Source: Candidatus Collierbacteria bacterium GW2011_GWB2_45_17
GTDB taxonomy: Bacteria; Patescibacteriota; Microgenomatia; UBA1400; MFAQ01
Direction of reading: 5' to 3'
DNA: 64,000 nucleotides
Assembly (NCBI GenBank): GCA_001001485.1
Contig: LCKO01000005.1
Coordinates: 3,552 to 67,551, forward strand
Every line of letters begins with the position of its first letter. The first letter of the stretch is position 1. Position numbers and translations under genes: made by a program. This document shows, one piece after another, positions 39,433-49,239 of the stretch. The notes beneath the pieces are model-generated. The model saw nothing but the letters and a program-made list of their open reading frames with translations, ran no database searches and had not been told where the DNA came from.

Positions 39433-42357
39433 ATGTCTGTCATCTCACCATCAACTCATCTGATCATCAAAGGTGCTCGTCAGCATAATCTTAAAAACGT
39501 CAATCTGACCCTTCCGAAAAATAAACTCGTCGTCTTTACCGGTGTCTCCGGTAGCGGCAAGTCCAGCATGGCTCACGACACCATCTATGCCGAAGGCCAA
39601 CGCCGCTATGTAGAATCCCTCTCCTCATACGCCCGCCAGTTTTTAGGTGTCATGGACAAGCCAGATGTGGACCAAATCGAGGGTCTTTCCCCAGCTATTC
39701 TCATCGACCAAAAGCAGGGGAGTCACAACCCCCGCAGTACCGTCGGAACCGTCACCGAGATCTATGACTATCTCCGTCTTCTCTTCGCCCGTATAGGGCA
39801 CCCCCACTGCCCTAAATGTAGTCGGGAAATCCTTCCCCAGGACATCAATCAGATCTACAAAGCAGTCGTCGAACTGGCAGTTTCACATCCTAGCTACCTC
39901 AAGCAAAAAGGCGTCCGTCTTCTCATACTCGCTCCCATCGTCAAAGGTCAAAAAGGCGAGTTTAAGGAACTCTTCCCGGGGCTATCTAAACAGGGAATCC
40001 AAGAAGTTCGGGTAGACAATAAGATTCTTTCTACTCAAACAACACTCTCACTCTTTAAAAATAATCGCCACAACATCGAAGCCGTCATCGATAAACTGGT
40101 CATCGGTCAAGTAAGTGGTAGTCCAGAGTATGAAAAACAACGCCTGGTTGATTCTCTCGAGCAGGCCCTAAAAATTTCCGATGGAGAAGTATTTGTCAGT
40201 CTTGTCACCGATCCCTCTTTGTCCTTTCCGGAAAATCCTGAAGAAATGGAAGACCATCTTTTTTCTCAAAAATTAGCCTGTCCGGTAGATAACATTTCTA
40301 TTCCGGAAATCGAGCCCCGATATTTTTCCTTCAACGCCCCCGAAGGCGCTTGTCCCGAATGTACCGGTCTGGGAACCAAAATGGTCCTTGATACAGAATC
40401 GGTAGTTTCTCCCTCACTCAGTTTACTGGAAGGCGCTATTATTCCCTTAGCCTCACAGTTCGAATCCAGAACTTGGTTAGCCAAACTGGTTCTTGAGGCC
40501 ATGGAATCGCTCGGCTTCCCAGGCAACAAACCTCTTTTAGATCTGACAACTGATCAAAAACAAGCCCTCTTTACTGGTACAGGATCAAAAATATATTCGA
40601 TCAAAGGAATTAATCGACACGGAAAACGCGTCATTCGTAAAATGACTTTTGATGGCTTATCTAAAGAGTTCGAAAGACGTTATGAAGAATCCAACTCAGT
40701 TACTTTCAAAGAAGAAATTTCCAAGTATTTAATTCGAAAAACCTGTCCTGTTTGTCTTGGTACGCGACTAAAGCCAGAAGTGCTGGCTGTTCATGTTAAT
40801 AATCATTCCATCAGCGAACTTACTTCATGGTCTACCTCCAAATCAGCTGACTTCTTTCAAACTCTTTCAAAAAAACTAACTTCTACCGAGCAACAAATCA
40901 GTGAACCTATCTTGAAAGAAATAGGGGATAGGCTAAGTTTCCTCATGTCCGTCGGTCTCGACTACATCACTCTAGCGCGCGAGTCCGGTACTCTTTCCGG
41001 TGGAGAACTTCAAAGAATTCGTTTGGCCAGTCAAATCGGTTCTCGTCTAACAGGCATACTTTACGTCTTGGATGAACCCACCATTGGTCTGCATCAAAGA
41101 GACAATGCCAAACTAATCAAAACACTTAAAGACCTGGTGACGCTGGGAAATTCTTTAGTTGTCGTCGAGCATGATCAACAAACCATGGAAAGCGCCGATC
41201 ATTTGGTGGAGTTTGGTCCCAAAGCGGGGTATCTCGGAGGCAGAATTACTTTTGAGGGGAGCATCGATGAAATGAAAAACTCCGACTGTCTTACCGGTCA
41301 ATATCTTTCGGGTAAAAAATCTATTACAGCTATCAAACCCCAAAATCCAACCGAGAGTCCGGCTTCCATTCGCTTAACCGGCTGTACCCATCACAATCTC
41401 AAAGACGTCGATGTCGAGTTTCCTTTGAATAAATTCATTACCGTTACCGGCGTTTCCGGATCCGGCAAATCTTCCTTGGTTGTCGACACTCTCTACGAAG
41501 CTCTTTCCCAAAAACTTAACCCCACGCACCGCAAAGAAGACATTAAGTTTGGCACCATTACCATACCCGATATAGTCAAAAGAGTCTCTTTAATTGATCA
41601 AAGTCCCATTGGTAAAACACCCAGAAGCAATCCGGCAACCTACACAAAAGTTTTTGACTATGTCCGTCAACTTTTTGCCAATACCCAAGAGGCCAGATAC
41701 CGAGGATACGGACCAGGACGATTTAGTTTTAATGTCAAAGGTGGACGCTGTGAAACCTGCGAAGGCGATGGTCAACTCAAAATTGAAATGCAATTTCTAG
41801 GAGATATTTATATCACTTGTGAAACCTGTAAGGGTAGTCGCTTTAACGATCCCACGCTGGAAATCGAGTACAAAGATAAAAGTATCGCTCAAATTCTGGA
41901 CATGACCATGGATCAAGCCGGAGAATTTTTTAGGAACATTCCCGCCATCAGTAAAAAAATAGAGACAATCAAAAAGGTGGGCCTTGGCTATATTAAAATG
42001 GGACAAAGTGCGCCCACTCTTTCCGGTGGAGAAGCCCAAAGAGTTAAGCTGGCCACCGAACTGGCCAAGACGGGTAGTGGACACACAATTTATATTCTCG
42101 ACGAACCTACCACCGGACTGCACTTCGATGACTTAAGCAAGCTTGTTCAAACCTTAGTTGATCTCGTCAATCAAAACAACACCGTTATCGTCATCGAACA
42201 CAATCTAGACGTCATCAAGAATGCCGACTATATTATTGACATCGGCCCTGAAGGTGGTGACGCTGGTGGAGAGTTAATCGCCTCCGGTTCTCCAACAAAA
42301 GTAACCACCAAGTACGATACTCCGACTGCCCAAGAATTAAAAAAGATCATCCATTAA
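39433..42357 (+). CDS. uvrA: Excinuclease ABC subunit A
   Basis: Two ABC ATPase modules (GVSGSGKSS twice), zinc-finger CxxC pairs, 974 aa. Confidence 0.95.
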   Translation: MSVISPSTHLIIKGARQHNLKNVNLTLPKNKLVVFTGVSGSGKSSMAHDTIYAEGQRRYVESLSSYARQFLGVMDKPDVDQIEGLSPAILIDQKQGSHNPRSTVGTVTEIYDYLRLLFARIGHPHCPKCSREILPQDINQIYKAVVELAVSHPSYLKQKGVRLLILAPIVKGQKGEFKELFPGLSKQGIQEVRVDNKILSTQTTLSLFKNNRHNIEAVIDKLVIGQVSGSPEYEKQRLVDSLEQALKISDGEVFVSLVTDPSLSFPENPEEMEDHLFSQKLACPVDNISIPEIEPRYFSFNAPEGACPECTGLGTKMVLDTESVVSPSLSLLEGAIIPLASQFESRTWLAKLVLEAMESLGFPGNKPLLDLTTDQKQALFTGTGSKIYSIKGINRHGKRVIRKMTFDGLSKEFERRYEESNSVTFKEEISKYLIRKTCPVCLGTRLKPEVLAVHVNNHSISELTSWSTSKSADFFQTLSKKLTSTEQQISEPILKEIGDRLSFLMSVGLDYITLARESGTLSGGELQRIRLASQIGSRLTGILYVLDEPTIGLHQRDNAKLIKTLKDLVTLGNSLVVVEHDQQTMESADHLVEFGPKAGYLGGRITFEGSIDEMKNSDCLTGQYLSGKKSITAIKPQNPTESPASIRLTGCTHHNLKDVDVEFPLNKFITVTGVSGSGKSSLVVDTLYEALSQKLNPTHRKEDIKFGTITIPDIVKRVSLIDQSPIGKTPRSNPATYTKVFDYVRQLFANTQEARYRGYGPGRFSFNVKGGRCETCEGDGQLKIEMQFLGDIYITCETCKGSRFNDPTLEIEYKDKSIAQILDMTMDQAGEFFRNIPAISKKIETIKKVGLGYIKMGQSAPTLSGGEAQRVKLATELAKTGSGHTIYILDEPTTGLHFDDLSKLVQTLVDLVNQNNTVIVIEHNLDVIKNADYIIDIGPEGGDAGGELIASGSPTKVTTKYDTPTAQELKKIIH

Positions 42358-42358
42358 A

Positions 42359-44167
42359 TTGACGAAAAAACTAACTGCCTTTTCTCTGATGCTTGTTACC
42401 GGTATATTGCTATTTTTTCCGAAGCAGATAAACGCTCTGGCCAAGTTCAACACCACTTATCAGATTAACTACCGGGTTGAAGATGATGGAATAACTCACG
42501 TTAATTTTGTCATCAATCAAAAAAACAATCTCTCGGTAGTCTACGCCACCGACTTCGGCATCAGCGTTAACGAAACTAAACTTGAAAACATTAAAGTAAA
42601 AGACGAAGGGATGTATGTCACCCCAGAAGTCATTAAAAGTCTTAATCAAACTTCCATCTCCTTTCCTTTTGTCAATAAAGTAGTCGGCAAAGATAAAAAC
42701 CACACCTTTACCATTGAGTATGACACTAGAGATATTGCCCAAAAACACGGTAATACCTGGCAAATTGATATTCCCAGATTGGAACCGGACGAAAACGTCT
42801 CGAACCAAACCGTGATTCTCACCGTACCCAAAGGTTTTTCAACACCGGCCTATATCGATCCAAAACCAGACATCGTCAGCGATAATATTTACTATTTTAG
42901 CGGCAGTAAAATCAGTCACAAATCCATCAGCGCAATTTTTGGTAAAACCCAGTTTTATCAGGGTACCATTAACTATCGTTTATCCAATCCGGATCGAGAT
43001 AGGATCAAAACGGAGATTGCACTTCCTCCCGACACTTCGTATCAAACGGTTTTTTACCAAAAACTAAGTCCCAAACCAAGCAGTGTCTACACCGATAAAG
43101 ACCGTAATGTTCTGGCAGTTTACTTTCTAAATCCCAAAGAAAATCTCGATATCACCTTGGACTTTACCGTCAAACTGGACTTCACTCCCAAACCATCTTT
43201 AACCCAACCATCCGACTCCTACCTAACCAAAAATGCCATTTGGAACTATGACAACAATGTCTTTACCACTCCGGAAATCAAAAGTTTAACCACCGCCAAA
43301 TCAATTTACGGTTTTGTCGTCGATAAATTGAAGTATGACTACACCAAAATTAACCGCCAAAAACCAACGCGAACTCCAGCCGCCGAGTCTCTAATCAATA
43401 ACCTTAGTGCCATCTGTACCGACTTTACCGATGTCTTCGTTGCCTTAGCTCGAAAGGCGGGTATTCATGCCAGAGAGCTGGAAGGTTTCGCTATTTCCGA
43501 AAACCCCGATCTAAAGCCATTATCTCTGACTCAAGACGTACTTCACGCCTGGCCGGAATACTTCGACAAGACAAAAGCCAGCTGGATCCAAATCGACCCA
43601 ACCTGGGCTAACACGACAAGGGGTATTGATTACTTTAACAAACTGGACTTTAACCATATTGTTTTTGCCATTCACGGAATGGATCCTGAGTACCCAGTAC
43701 CCGCGGGTGGATACAAAAATGGAGACAAAACTCTCAAAAGTATTGCTATCAAATCTATCGATGAAATTCTTTTTCCGAAACCCACCTTTAGCGTAGAGTT
43801 TGTAAAACAAGAAGGAAACGATCTGGAATTTAAAATTGTCAACCAGTCGGGAGTTTCCTACTACGGTAACGCTAAGATCTCAGGTAACGAATTTATAGAG
43901 GTCGGCGAACAGTTTATGGACATAGCCCCGTTTTCGGATGGGATATTTAGGATCAAAACCCAAAAACAGCCCTTTGTCAGTAAAGATGACTTGAAAGTTA
44001 TAATCTACCTAGATGGAAAACCATATCCAGCCACTGTTATCGTCGGCTCAGCCTCCACTCAGGCTTACGTTCTCGCCGGAATTGGCCTCTTTTTGGCATT
44101 CGCTTTTATCATTGCCTGGAGTCTACATCTTCGAAGACAAAAACAAAAAACCTCTCTATATCGGTAA
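42359..44167 (+). CDS. Secreted/membrane-anchored transglutaminase-like cysteine protease domain protein
   Basis: Signal peptide; Cys-His-Asp triad context (AICTDFTDVFVALAR / LHAWPEYF / IQIDPTW); C-terminal TM anchor; TTG start, alternative ATG at 42389. Confidence 0.55.
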   Translation: MTKKLTAFSLMLVTGILLFFPKQINALAKFNTTYQINYRVEDDGITHVNFVINQKNNLSVVYATDFGISVNETKLENIKVKDEGMYVTPEVIKSLNQTSISFPFVNKVVGKDKNHTFTIEYDTRDIAQKHGNTWQIDIPRLEPDENVSNQTVILTVPKGFSTPAYIDPKPDIVSDNIYYFSGSKISHKSISAIFGKTQFYQGTINYRLSNPDRDRIKTEIALPPDTSYQTVFYQKLSPKPSSVYTDKDRNVLAVYFLNPKENLDITLDFTVKLDFTPKPSLTQPSDSYLTKNAIWNYDNNVFTTPEIKSLTTAKSIYGFVVDKLKYDYTKINRQKPTRTPAAESLINNLSAICTDFTDVFVALARKAGIHARELEGFAISENPDLKPLSLTQDVLHAWPEYFDKTKASWIQIDPTWANTTRGIDYFNKLDFNHIVFAIHGMDPEYPVPAGGYKNGDKTLKSIAIKSIDEILFPKPTFSVEFVKQEGNDLEFKIVNQSGVSYYGNAKISGNEFIEVGEQFMDIAPFSDGIFRIKTQKQPFVSKDDLKVIIYLDGKPYPATVIVGSASTQAYVLAGIGLFLAFAFIIAWSLHLRRQKQKTSLYR

Positions 44168-45350
44168 ATCGATTAATCTAAAGAGCCGGATCAGACAACA
44201 TTACGAAGGATTTAGAGAGGGTACTTCTAAAGCTCTCCAATTCTTTCCCCAAACCAAAACACTTTACCTTAAGCCGGTAAAAAACGATATCGAGGCCGTT
44301 ATTATCGAAGCCAATTACATTAAACAGTATCAACCGCGTTATAACAGCATCGTCAAAGATGATCGTTCAAATCTTTACCTTATATTTACCAACACGCCGA
44401 GTACCAAGATTTCCATTGTTCACGCCACCGATATCCAAGATCTAAACCTGGATAACCTTAAAGGTCAAGTATTTGGACCTTACGCTTCCGGAGCAGTAGC
44501 CAAAACTTTATACAAACAGCTAAGAAACATCTTTGGTTTTTGTCTAGCTCCCTTTAACTCCCAAAACCGAATGTGCTTTAACTACCACTTGGGGCACTGC
44601 CCCGGTGCTTGTGTAGGAGAAATAACCTCCTCAAAATACTCTGCTCACTTAGGTAGACTAAAAAAATTCCTTTCCGGGCAATTCATTATTCTTGATAAAT
44701 CTCTTAACCAGGAAATAAAAACCGCCATTAAAAAACAGGCTTACGAACAGGCAAATGAAATTAAGTCTCAAATAAACGGTCTTCACTACATTCTCAGTAC
44801 CAAAGATTCCAGCCTGCTTCTCAAACTTTCGGACGCTACCGACGCTCTTCAGTATAAAATCGTCCAGAAACTTAAACACCCACTACTTAAAAAACCTCCG
44901 ATTCGAATCGAGTGTTACGATCTGGCCCATCTCCAGGGAGAAAACTATGTCGGCTCATTAGCTGTCTTTATTAAAGGAGCTCCATCAACTCAAGACTATC
45001 GACATTTTAATATTCGCTTGCCTGATCGTTCCGACCCCTTTGCCATGAGGCAAATAATCGAAAGACGGTTTAATCATAAAGAGTGGGGTACTCCAGATTT
45101 AATCGTCCTCGATGGTGGTATACCCCAGCTATCCATTGCCACACCGGCAATTCCACCACACATTCCCGTAATCGCCTTAGCCAAAAAGAAAGAAACCATC
45201 TATTTTTACGACTCTGAGTACAAAATTGTCACCCTTAATTTGCCCATCGAAGATCCGGTTCTAAATCTATTTCGAAACCTAAGAGACGAAGCCCATCGTT
45301 TTGCCAACTCCTTCCACATAAAACAACGCCGAAAAAGCCTAATATCGTAA
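44013..45350 (+). CDS. uvrC: Excinuclease ABC subunit C, short form (GIY-YIG + RNase H-like endonuclease, no HhH)
   Basis: GIY-YIG 'PGVYIFEDKNKKPLYIGKS...EANYIKQYQPRYN' and C-terminal 'IECYDLAHLQGE...LIVLDGGIPQL'; start ambiguous (ATG 44013 or TTG 44082); overlaps the upstream gene by at least 85 nt. Confidence 0.75.
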   Translation: MENHIQPLLSSAQPPLRLTFSPELASFWHSLLSLPGVYIFEDKNKKPLYIGKSINLKSRIRQHYEGFREGTSKALQFFPQTKTLYLKPVKNDIEAVIIEANYIKQYQPRYNSIVKDDRSNLYLIFTNTPSTKISIVHATDIQDLNLDNLKGQVFGPYASGAVAKTLYKQLRNIFGFCLAPFNSQNRMCFNYHLGHCPGACVGEITSSKYSAHLGRLKKFLSGQFIILDKSLNQEIKTAIKKQAYEQANEIKSQINGLHYILSTKDSSLLLKLSDATDALQYKIVQKLKHPLLKKPPIRIECYDLAHLQGENYVGSLAVFIKGAPSTQDYRHFNIRLPDRSDPFAMRQIIERRFNHKEWGTPDLIVLDGGIPQLSIATPAIPPHIPVIALAKKKETIYFYDSEYKIVTLNLPIEDPVLNLFRNLRDEAHRFANSFHIKQRRKSLIS

Positions 45351-45365
45351 TATACTTAAATAACG

Positions 45366-45779
45366 ATGAAAATTTTCTTTCGCCATATCCTCATCAATCT
45401 TCTCGTTATTTACCTGACAGATCTTATCTACCCCGGTTTCTCCATACTGCATGACACCAAAACTCTTCTTTCGGCAGCCGTCATCTGGCTACTACTAAAC
45501 AAGATCGTCAAACCCATCATCAAGTTACTTCTTCTACCCATAAACCTTATCACTCTCAATCTCTTTTCATGGGTAATCAGTCTCATTACTTTATTTTTAC
45601 TTCAATCTATCGTCGGCGGTATTACCGTCTCGGCATACAGTTTCCCCGGACTAAGTACGGGGGGATTCGTTTTTCCGGCTTTCTATGTCGGAATATTTCT
45701 CTCCTATCTCATTGCCTCCTGTATCCTCAATCTCATCCACAACTTTATTATCTGGCTTATTCGTAAGGACTCTGAATAG
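45366..45779 (+). CDS. DUF360 / phage-holin-4_2 family membrane protein
   Basis: About 137 aa, 4 TM, 'LINLLVIYLTDLIYPGF...LLLNKIVKPIIKLLLLPINLITLNLF' resembles the PF04020 pattern. Confidence 0.55.
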   Translation: MKIFFRHILINLLVIYLTDLIYPGFSILHDTKTLLSAAVIWLLLNKIVKPIIKLLLLPINLITLNLFSWVISLITLFLLQSIVGGITVSAYSFPGLSTGGFVFPAFYVGIFLSYLIASCILNLIHNFIIWLIRKDSE

Positions 45780-45797
45780 GGGATATAATTAGACACT

Positions 45798-46019
45798 ATG
45801 CAAGTCACCCTCATCATTCAAATAATCGTTTCGCTGATTCTGATCGTTTTGGTCACTCTTCAATCAAAAGATAGCTCCCTTGGTGCCGGGTTTTCGTCTG
45901 CCACTCAATCGGGTTTCCATACCAAAAGAGGTCCGGAAAAAATAATTTATCTGGCCACTATCGTCTGCTCAATTCTATTTTTAATTCTTTCTTTTCTAAA
46001 TATCGCCGTTTGGAAATGA
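45798..46019 (+). CDS. secG: Preprotein translocase subunit SecG
   Basis: 73 aa, two TM, 'LQSKDSSLGAGFSS' loop typical of SecG. Confidence 0.7.
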   Translation: MQVTLIIQIIVSLILIVLVTLQSKDSSLGAGFSSATQSGFHTKRGPEKIIYLATIVCSILFLILSFLNIAVWK

Positions 46020-47350
46020 TTAATCCTTTTCGAGAAAGAATTTGGTTTATTAGAGGATTCATTAAAAAATATTCCATACAGATCATCCTTAGTCTTGTGG
46101 TAACCGTCACGATAGCTCTTTTGGGTACCTTTTTTCTATCAAAAATTCCCGAGAAAAGGTCAATCTATCGGATTGGAATTGTCGGCCAATTTGGCTCCGG
46201 TCAGCTACCTCCGTACATTATCAATTTTCTTAAAGCCGGACTTGTTACCTTAGATAGCAAGCACGAACCTCAACCAGGATTAGCCGAAAAATGGGATATT
46301 AGCGATGACGGAAAAACCTATACTTTTTATCTCCGTTCGGGTCTAAAGTGGAACGACAGCAAGGCGGTAAATGCTACCGATATTAAGATTTCTATTCCCA
46401 ATATTGTGGTCGAAACCGTTGACCCCAACATCATTCGTTTTAAAATTCCCACCAAATTCTCACCCTTTCTGTCACTGTTAAATATTCCTCTTTTGAGCTC
46501 AAGTGGAAAAATCATCGGCGACTACGATATCCGTCTCAAGCAAAAAAGCTCCGGCGTCATCTCCCAAATTACTGTCAATACATCAAACAAGGTGTTAAAC
46601 TTCAACGTTTTTCAGACTCCCAAACAAGCCATCACCGCCTTCAAACTGGGTCAAGTTGACATGGCTCTCGCTCTCCCTTCCGAATACGAATCGGACGTCG
46701 TCAAATATGGAAAAATTCAAAAGCAAATTGATTTAAACCGAGTGGTAACTCTGATCTTTAATCAGCAAGATCCCAATCTGAAGGATAAAAATGTTAGGCA
46801 AGGTATCGCCTACAGCCTAAAGGATAAAACCCTTGGTCAGACAGAGGCTTTAACCACTATTAGTCCGGTTTCTTGGGGCTTCAATCCTCTGGTAAAAACC
46901 TACCCTTATAATCTTCCGAGAACCAAGGAACTAATTAAAACTGCGGTGATCTTGGAACTCGCTACCACCCCAGAACTTCTCTCGGTTGCCGAAAATATTC
47001 GAACACAGCTAAACTCAGATAAAATTTCCATCAGTACCAAGGTTGTTTCGTCTACCCCTGAACAATTTCAACTATTCTTGACTCCCTACAATATCCCTTC
47101 CGACCCGGATCAATATCGCGACTGGCACTCAACCCAGGCAACCAACATCGGTCGGGGGTCGGACGAAAAAATCGATAAACTTTTAGAAGACGGCCGTATA
47201 ATATTAGATCAAAAAGAAAGAAAGCGAATTTACTTTGATTTCCAAAAAACCTTCTCCGAAGAACTTCCCGCTTTAGTGCTTTATCATCCCTCAACCTTCG
47301 ATCTGGCCAGAAGAGAATCTCTTTTTCAAATCATCAATAGCGGTAATTAG
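46010..47350 (+). CDS. ABC transporter substrate-binding protein, family 5 (peptide/nickel type) with N-terminal TM anchor
   Basis: 'GLAEKWDISDDGKTYTFYLRSGLKWNDSKAVNATDI' matches the SBP_bac_5 signature region. Confidence 0.65.
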   Translation: MEMINPFRERIWFIRGFIKKYSIQIILSLVVTVTIALLGTFFLSKIPEKRSIYRIGIVGQFGSGQLPPYIINFLKAGLVTLDSKHEPQPGLAEKWDISDDGKTYTFYLRSGLKWNDSKAVNATDIKISIPNIVVETVDPNIIRFKIPTKFSPFLSLLNIPLLSSSGKIIGDYDIRLKQKSSGVISQITVNTSNKVLNFNVFQTPKQAITAFKLGQVDMALALPSEYESDVVKYGKIQKQIDLNRVVTLIFNQQDPNLKDKNVRQGIAYSLKDKTLGQTEALTTISPVSWGFNPLVKTYPYNLPRTKELIKTAVILELATTPELLSVAENIRTQLNSDKISISTKVVSSTPEQFQLFLTPYNIPSDPDQYRDWHSTQATNIGRGSDEKIDKLLEDGRIILDQKERKRIYFDFQKTFSEELPALVLYHPSTFDLARRESLFQIINSGN

Positions 47351-47431
47351 TGGGCGGGGAGGGACTCGAACCCTCATGAGTTGCCTCGCAGCGTTCTGAA
47401 CACTGTGCGTCTACCATTTCGCCACCCGCCC
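47351..47431 (-). tRNA. tRNA-Leu(CAG), class II
   Basis: Acceptor GGGCGGG/CCCGCCC, anticodon loop TTCAGAA, 13-nt variable arm, T-loop TTCGAGT; abuts the stop codon of the upstream gene. Confidence 0.85.
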
Positions 47432-47476
47432 AACCACACATATTATCTCATTATTCTTGGTATAATTAACAGGCAT

Positions 47477-47549
47477 GCCGAGGTAGCCAAGGTAGTCACG
47501 GCGGGAGTCTGAAAAACTTCAGATAAGTGTGCAATTCACTTCCTCGGCA
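47477..47549 (+). tRNA. tRNA-Phe(GAA)-like, non-canonical T-loop (TGCAATT, G55)
   Basis: Perfect 7-bp acceptor GCCGAGG/CCTCGGC followed by ACC; anticodon stem GGAGT/ACTTC, loop CTGAAAA; 4-nt variable loop; T-stem AAGTG/CACTT. Confidence 0.5.
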
Positions 47550-47574
47550 CCGTTCTTGTTAAAATATTACGTAT

Positions 47575-47648
47575 GCGGGAATAGCTCAGTTGGCTAGAGC
47601 GTCTCCTTGCCAAGGAGAAGGTCGAGGGTTCGAATCCCTTTTCCCGCT
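47575..47648 (+). tRNA. tRNA-Gly(GCC)
   Basis: Acceptor GCGGGAA/TTCCCGC, discriminator U, anticodon loop TTGCCAA, T-loop TTCGAAT. Confidence 0.9.
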
Positions 47649-47678
47649 CACTTTGATTCTAAATCAGTTCATTATTAT

Positions 47679-47762
47679 GCGCGGGTGCTGTAATGGTAGC
47701 CAGGCTAGCTTGAGGTGCTAGTGCCCGTAAGGGCGTGGAGGTTCAAGTCCTCTCCCGCGCAC
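47679..47762 (+). tRNA. tRNA-Leu(GAG), class II
   Basis: Acceptor GCGCGGG/CCCGCGC, anticodon loop TTGAGGT, long variable arm, T-loop TTCAAGT. Confidence 0.85.
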
Positions 47763-47773
47763 AAATAGAAATG

Positions 47774-47846
47774 GACTCTTAGCTCAGTTGGTTAGAGCGC
47801 CTCGTTTACATCGAGGAGGTCGAAGGTTCGAATCCCTCAGGGTCCA
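47774..47846 (+). tRNA. tRNA-Val(TAC)
   Basis: Acceptor GGACTCT/AGGGTCC, anticodon loop TTTACAT, T-loop TTCGAAT, one T-stem mismatch. Confidence 0.85.
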
Positions 47847-47866
47847 CTTGATATAATTAACCATCC

Positions 47867-48694
47867 ATGAGCACATCTCCGACCGAGTTCGAAAAATTTC
47901 TCCTTAAGGAATATTTCAGGCTTGGCTCCATCAACAAAGTTTTTACCGCCCACCATTTAGATCTTCCCATTTCCTTCGCCGGTTACGCCCGCTTACTCAC
48001 CAAATTTAGCATCATCAAATCTGCTGGACCAAATAGTCGATTTTCAGAGTCATTAGACATCTTAACCAAACTCAGCAGTTACAAAATTCCTCTTGAAAAA
48101 GTCTATCACCGTTTCGCACCTCGTAGGATCCAAGTTTCCGTCAATACCTTACACCGCATTCTTCACTACACTAGGCTTGGCCTTACTAGGCGTCAGGGGA
48201 CTGCATTATTGATTACTTCAAGTCAGGACTCCCAAAGTTTCTTGACTGGTAGAGAACAAAATACGCCCAATTCCCAATTGGGTAAGAGGGGAGATCTCGC
48301 ACTACCCATGGGACACTCTAGAACCGGAGAAAACCCCAGAGATGCCATCGTCCGTGTGCTACAGCAAGAAGTCTTCACCGATCAAACCATTGAAGGACAT
48401 TTCCCTTGGAAAATTGTTCCCGATCATCCTCAACCGGTCATGTATATCAGTATTGCCGACATTAAGGTCACTGTTTATCATCTTATCTTTGACCACGATT
48501 TTCAATTCTCCAGTTTCAAGCTAAATACTCTCAAATATCGCAACCTAAATCGTCTCCTAACAGATAATCTCCGCCCGGGAATCGAGGATATTCTTAAACA
48601 ACATGCCGGTCTCCTCAAAAATACCAAGAGAATTACGGTTCCTGAATTTAGTTCCAAGTTGAACTTGGCCTTGCTGAAAGTCAAAGATTCATAA
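47867..48694 (+). CDS. Hypothetical protein (275 aa), possible degenerate Nudix-like box
   Basis: 'GHSRTGENPRDAIVRVLQQEV' loosely fits GX5EX7R...E, but the catalytic Glu residues are replaced. Confidence 0.4.
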   Translation: MSTSPTEFEKFLLKEYFRLGSINKVFTAHHLDLPISFAGYARLLTKFSIIKSAGPNSRFSESLDILTKLSSYKIPLEKVYHRFAPRRIQVSVNTLHRILHYTRLGLTRRQGTALLITSSQDSQSFLTGREQNTPNSQLGKRGDLALPMGHSRTGENPRDAIVRVLQQEVFTDQTIEGHFPWKIVPDHPQPVMYISIADIKVTVYHLIFDHDFQFSSFKLNTLKYRNLNRLLTDNLRPGIEDILKQHAGLLKNTKRITVPEFSSKLNLALLKVKDS

Positions 48695-48715
48695 AAAAAT
48701 ATGATTCTGTTGTCT

Positions 48716-49239
48716 GTTATAACGAAATTCGAACTTATTTTCGGGACCATTACTAACTTATTGGCTCACCGCTCAACACTTCGTGTCTCGCGGTTCGCCA
48801 CCGCCTGCCCTGCCGGTCCGCCTTTGGCGGAGGCGGAACCACTTGCGCGCGAGAAGCGGTATCCCGCCCTCATCGTCATTGCGAGGTTCGGTACCCCAAA
48901 CCGTGGCAATCTCACTCCATTCGGATTCGGTCGGGATGATTGCTCTTACGAGCAAGCGCCAGCATTCGCTGTCGCATCTATATGTTCGTCCGCCTGAGGC
49001 GGACGAAGCTGTTCTCAACATATGGCTCAGAACATCGTCATTGCGAGGAATGAAATGACGAAGCAATCTATATAGATTGCATTTCCTCGCCATAAAATAT
49101 CAGATAGTTAGGAGTGTATTTTACTATCTGATATTTAGTGATTGAGACAGCATTGGCCTAGCGACCAATGTGCCTGCTTTGCAGGCACAAGAAATATATT
49201 TTGAACTTGTATAATTACAATTATGTTGAAAAAAATAAT
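48716..49239 (+). repeat. 5' GC-rich structured module, copy C (full length)
   Basis: Homologous to 16327..16846 (first 55 nt nearly identical; blocks ctcgcggttcgcca, cggtatcccgccctc, gcaatctcactcca, cgctgtcgcatct, GTCCGCCtgaGGCGGAC, ctcaacatatggctc, cgccataaaata, ttgagacagcattggcc, GTGCCTGCtttGCAGGCAC); the internal hairpins change sequence while keeping their pairing. Confidence 0.8.
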
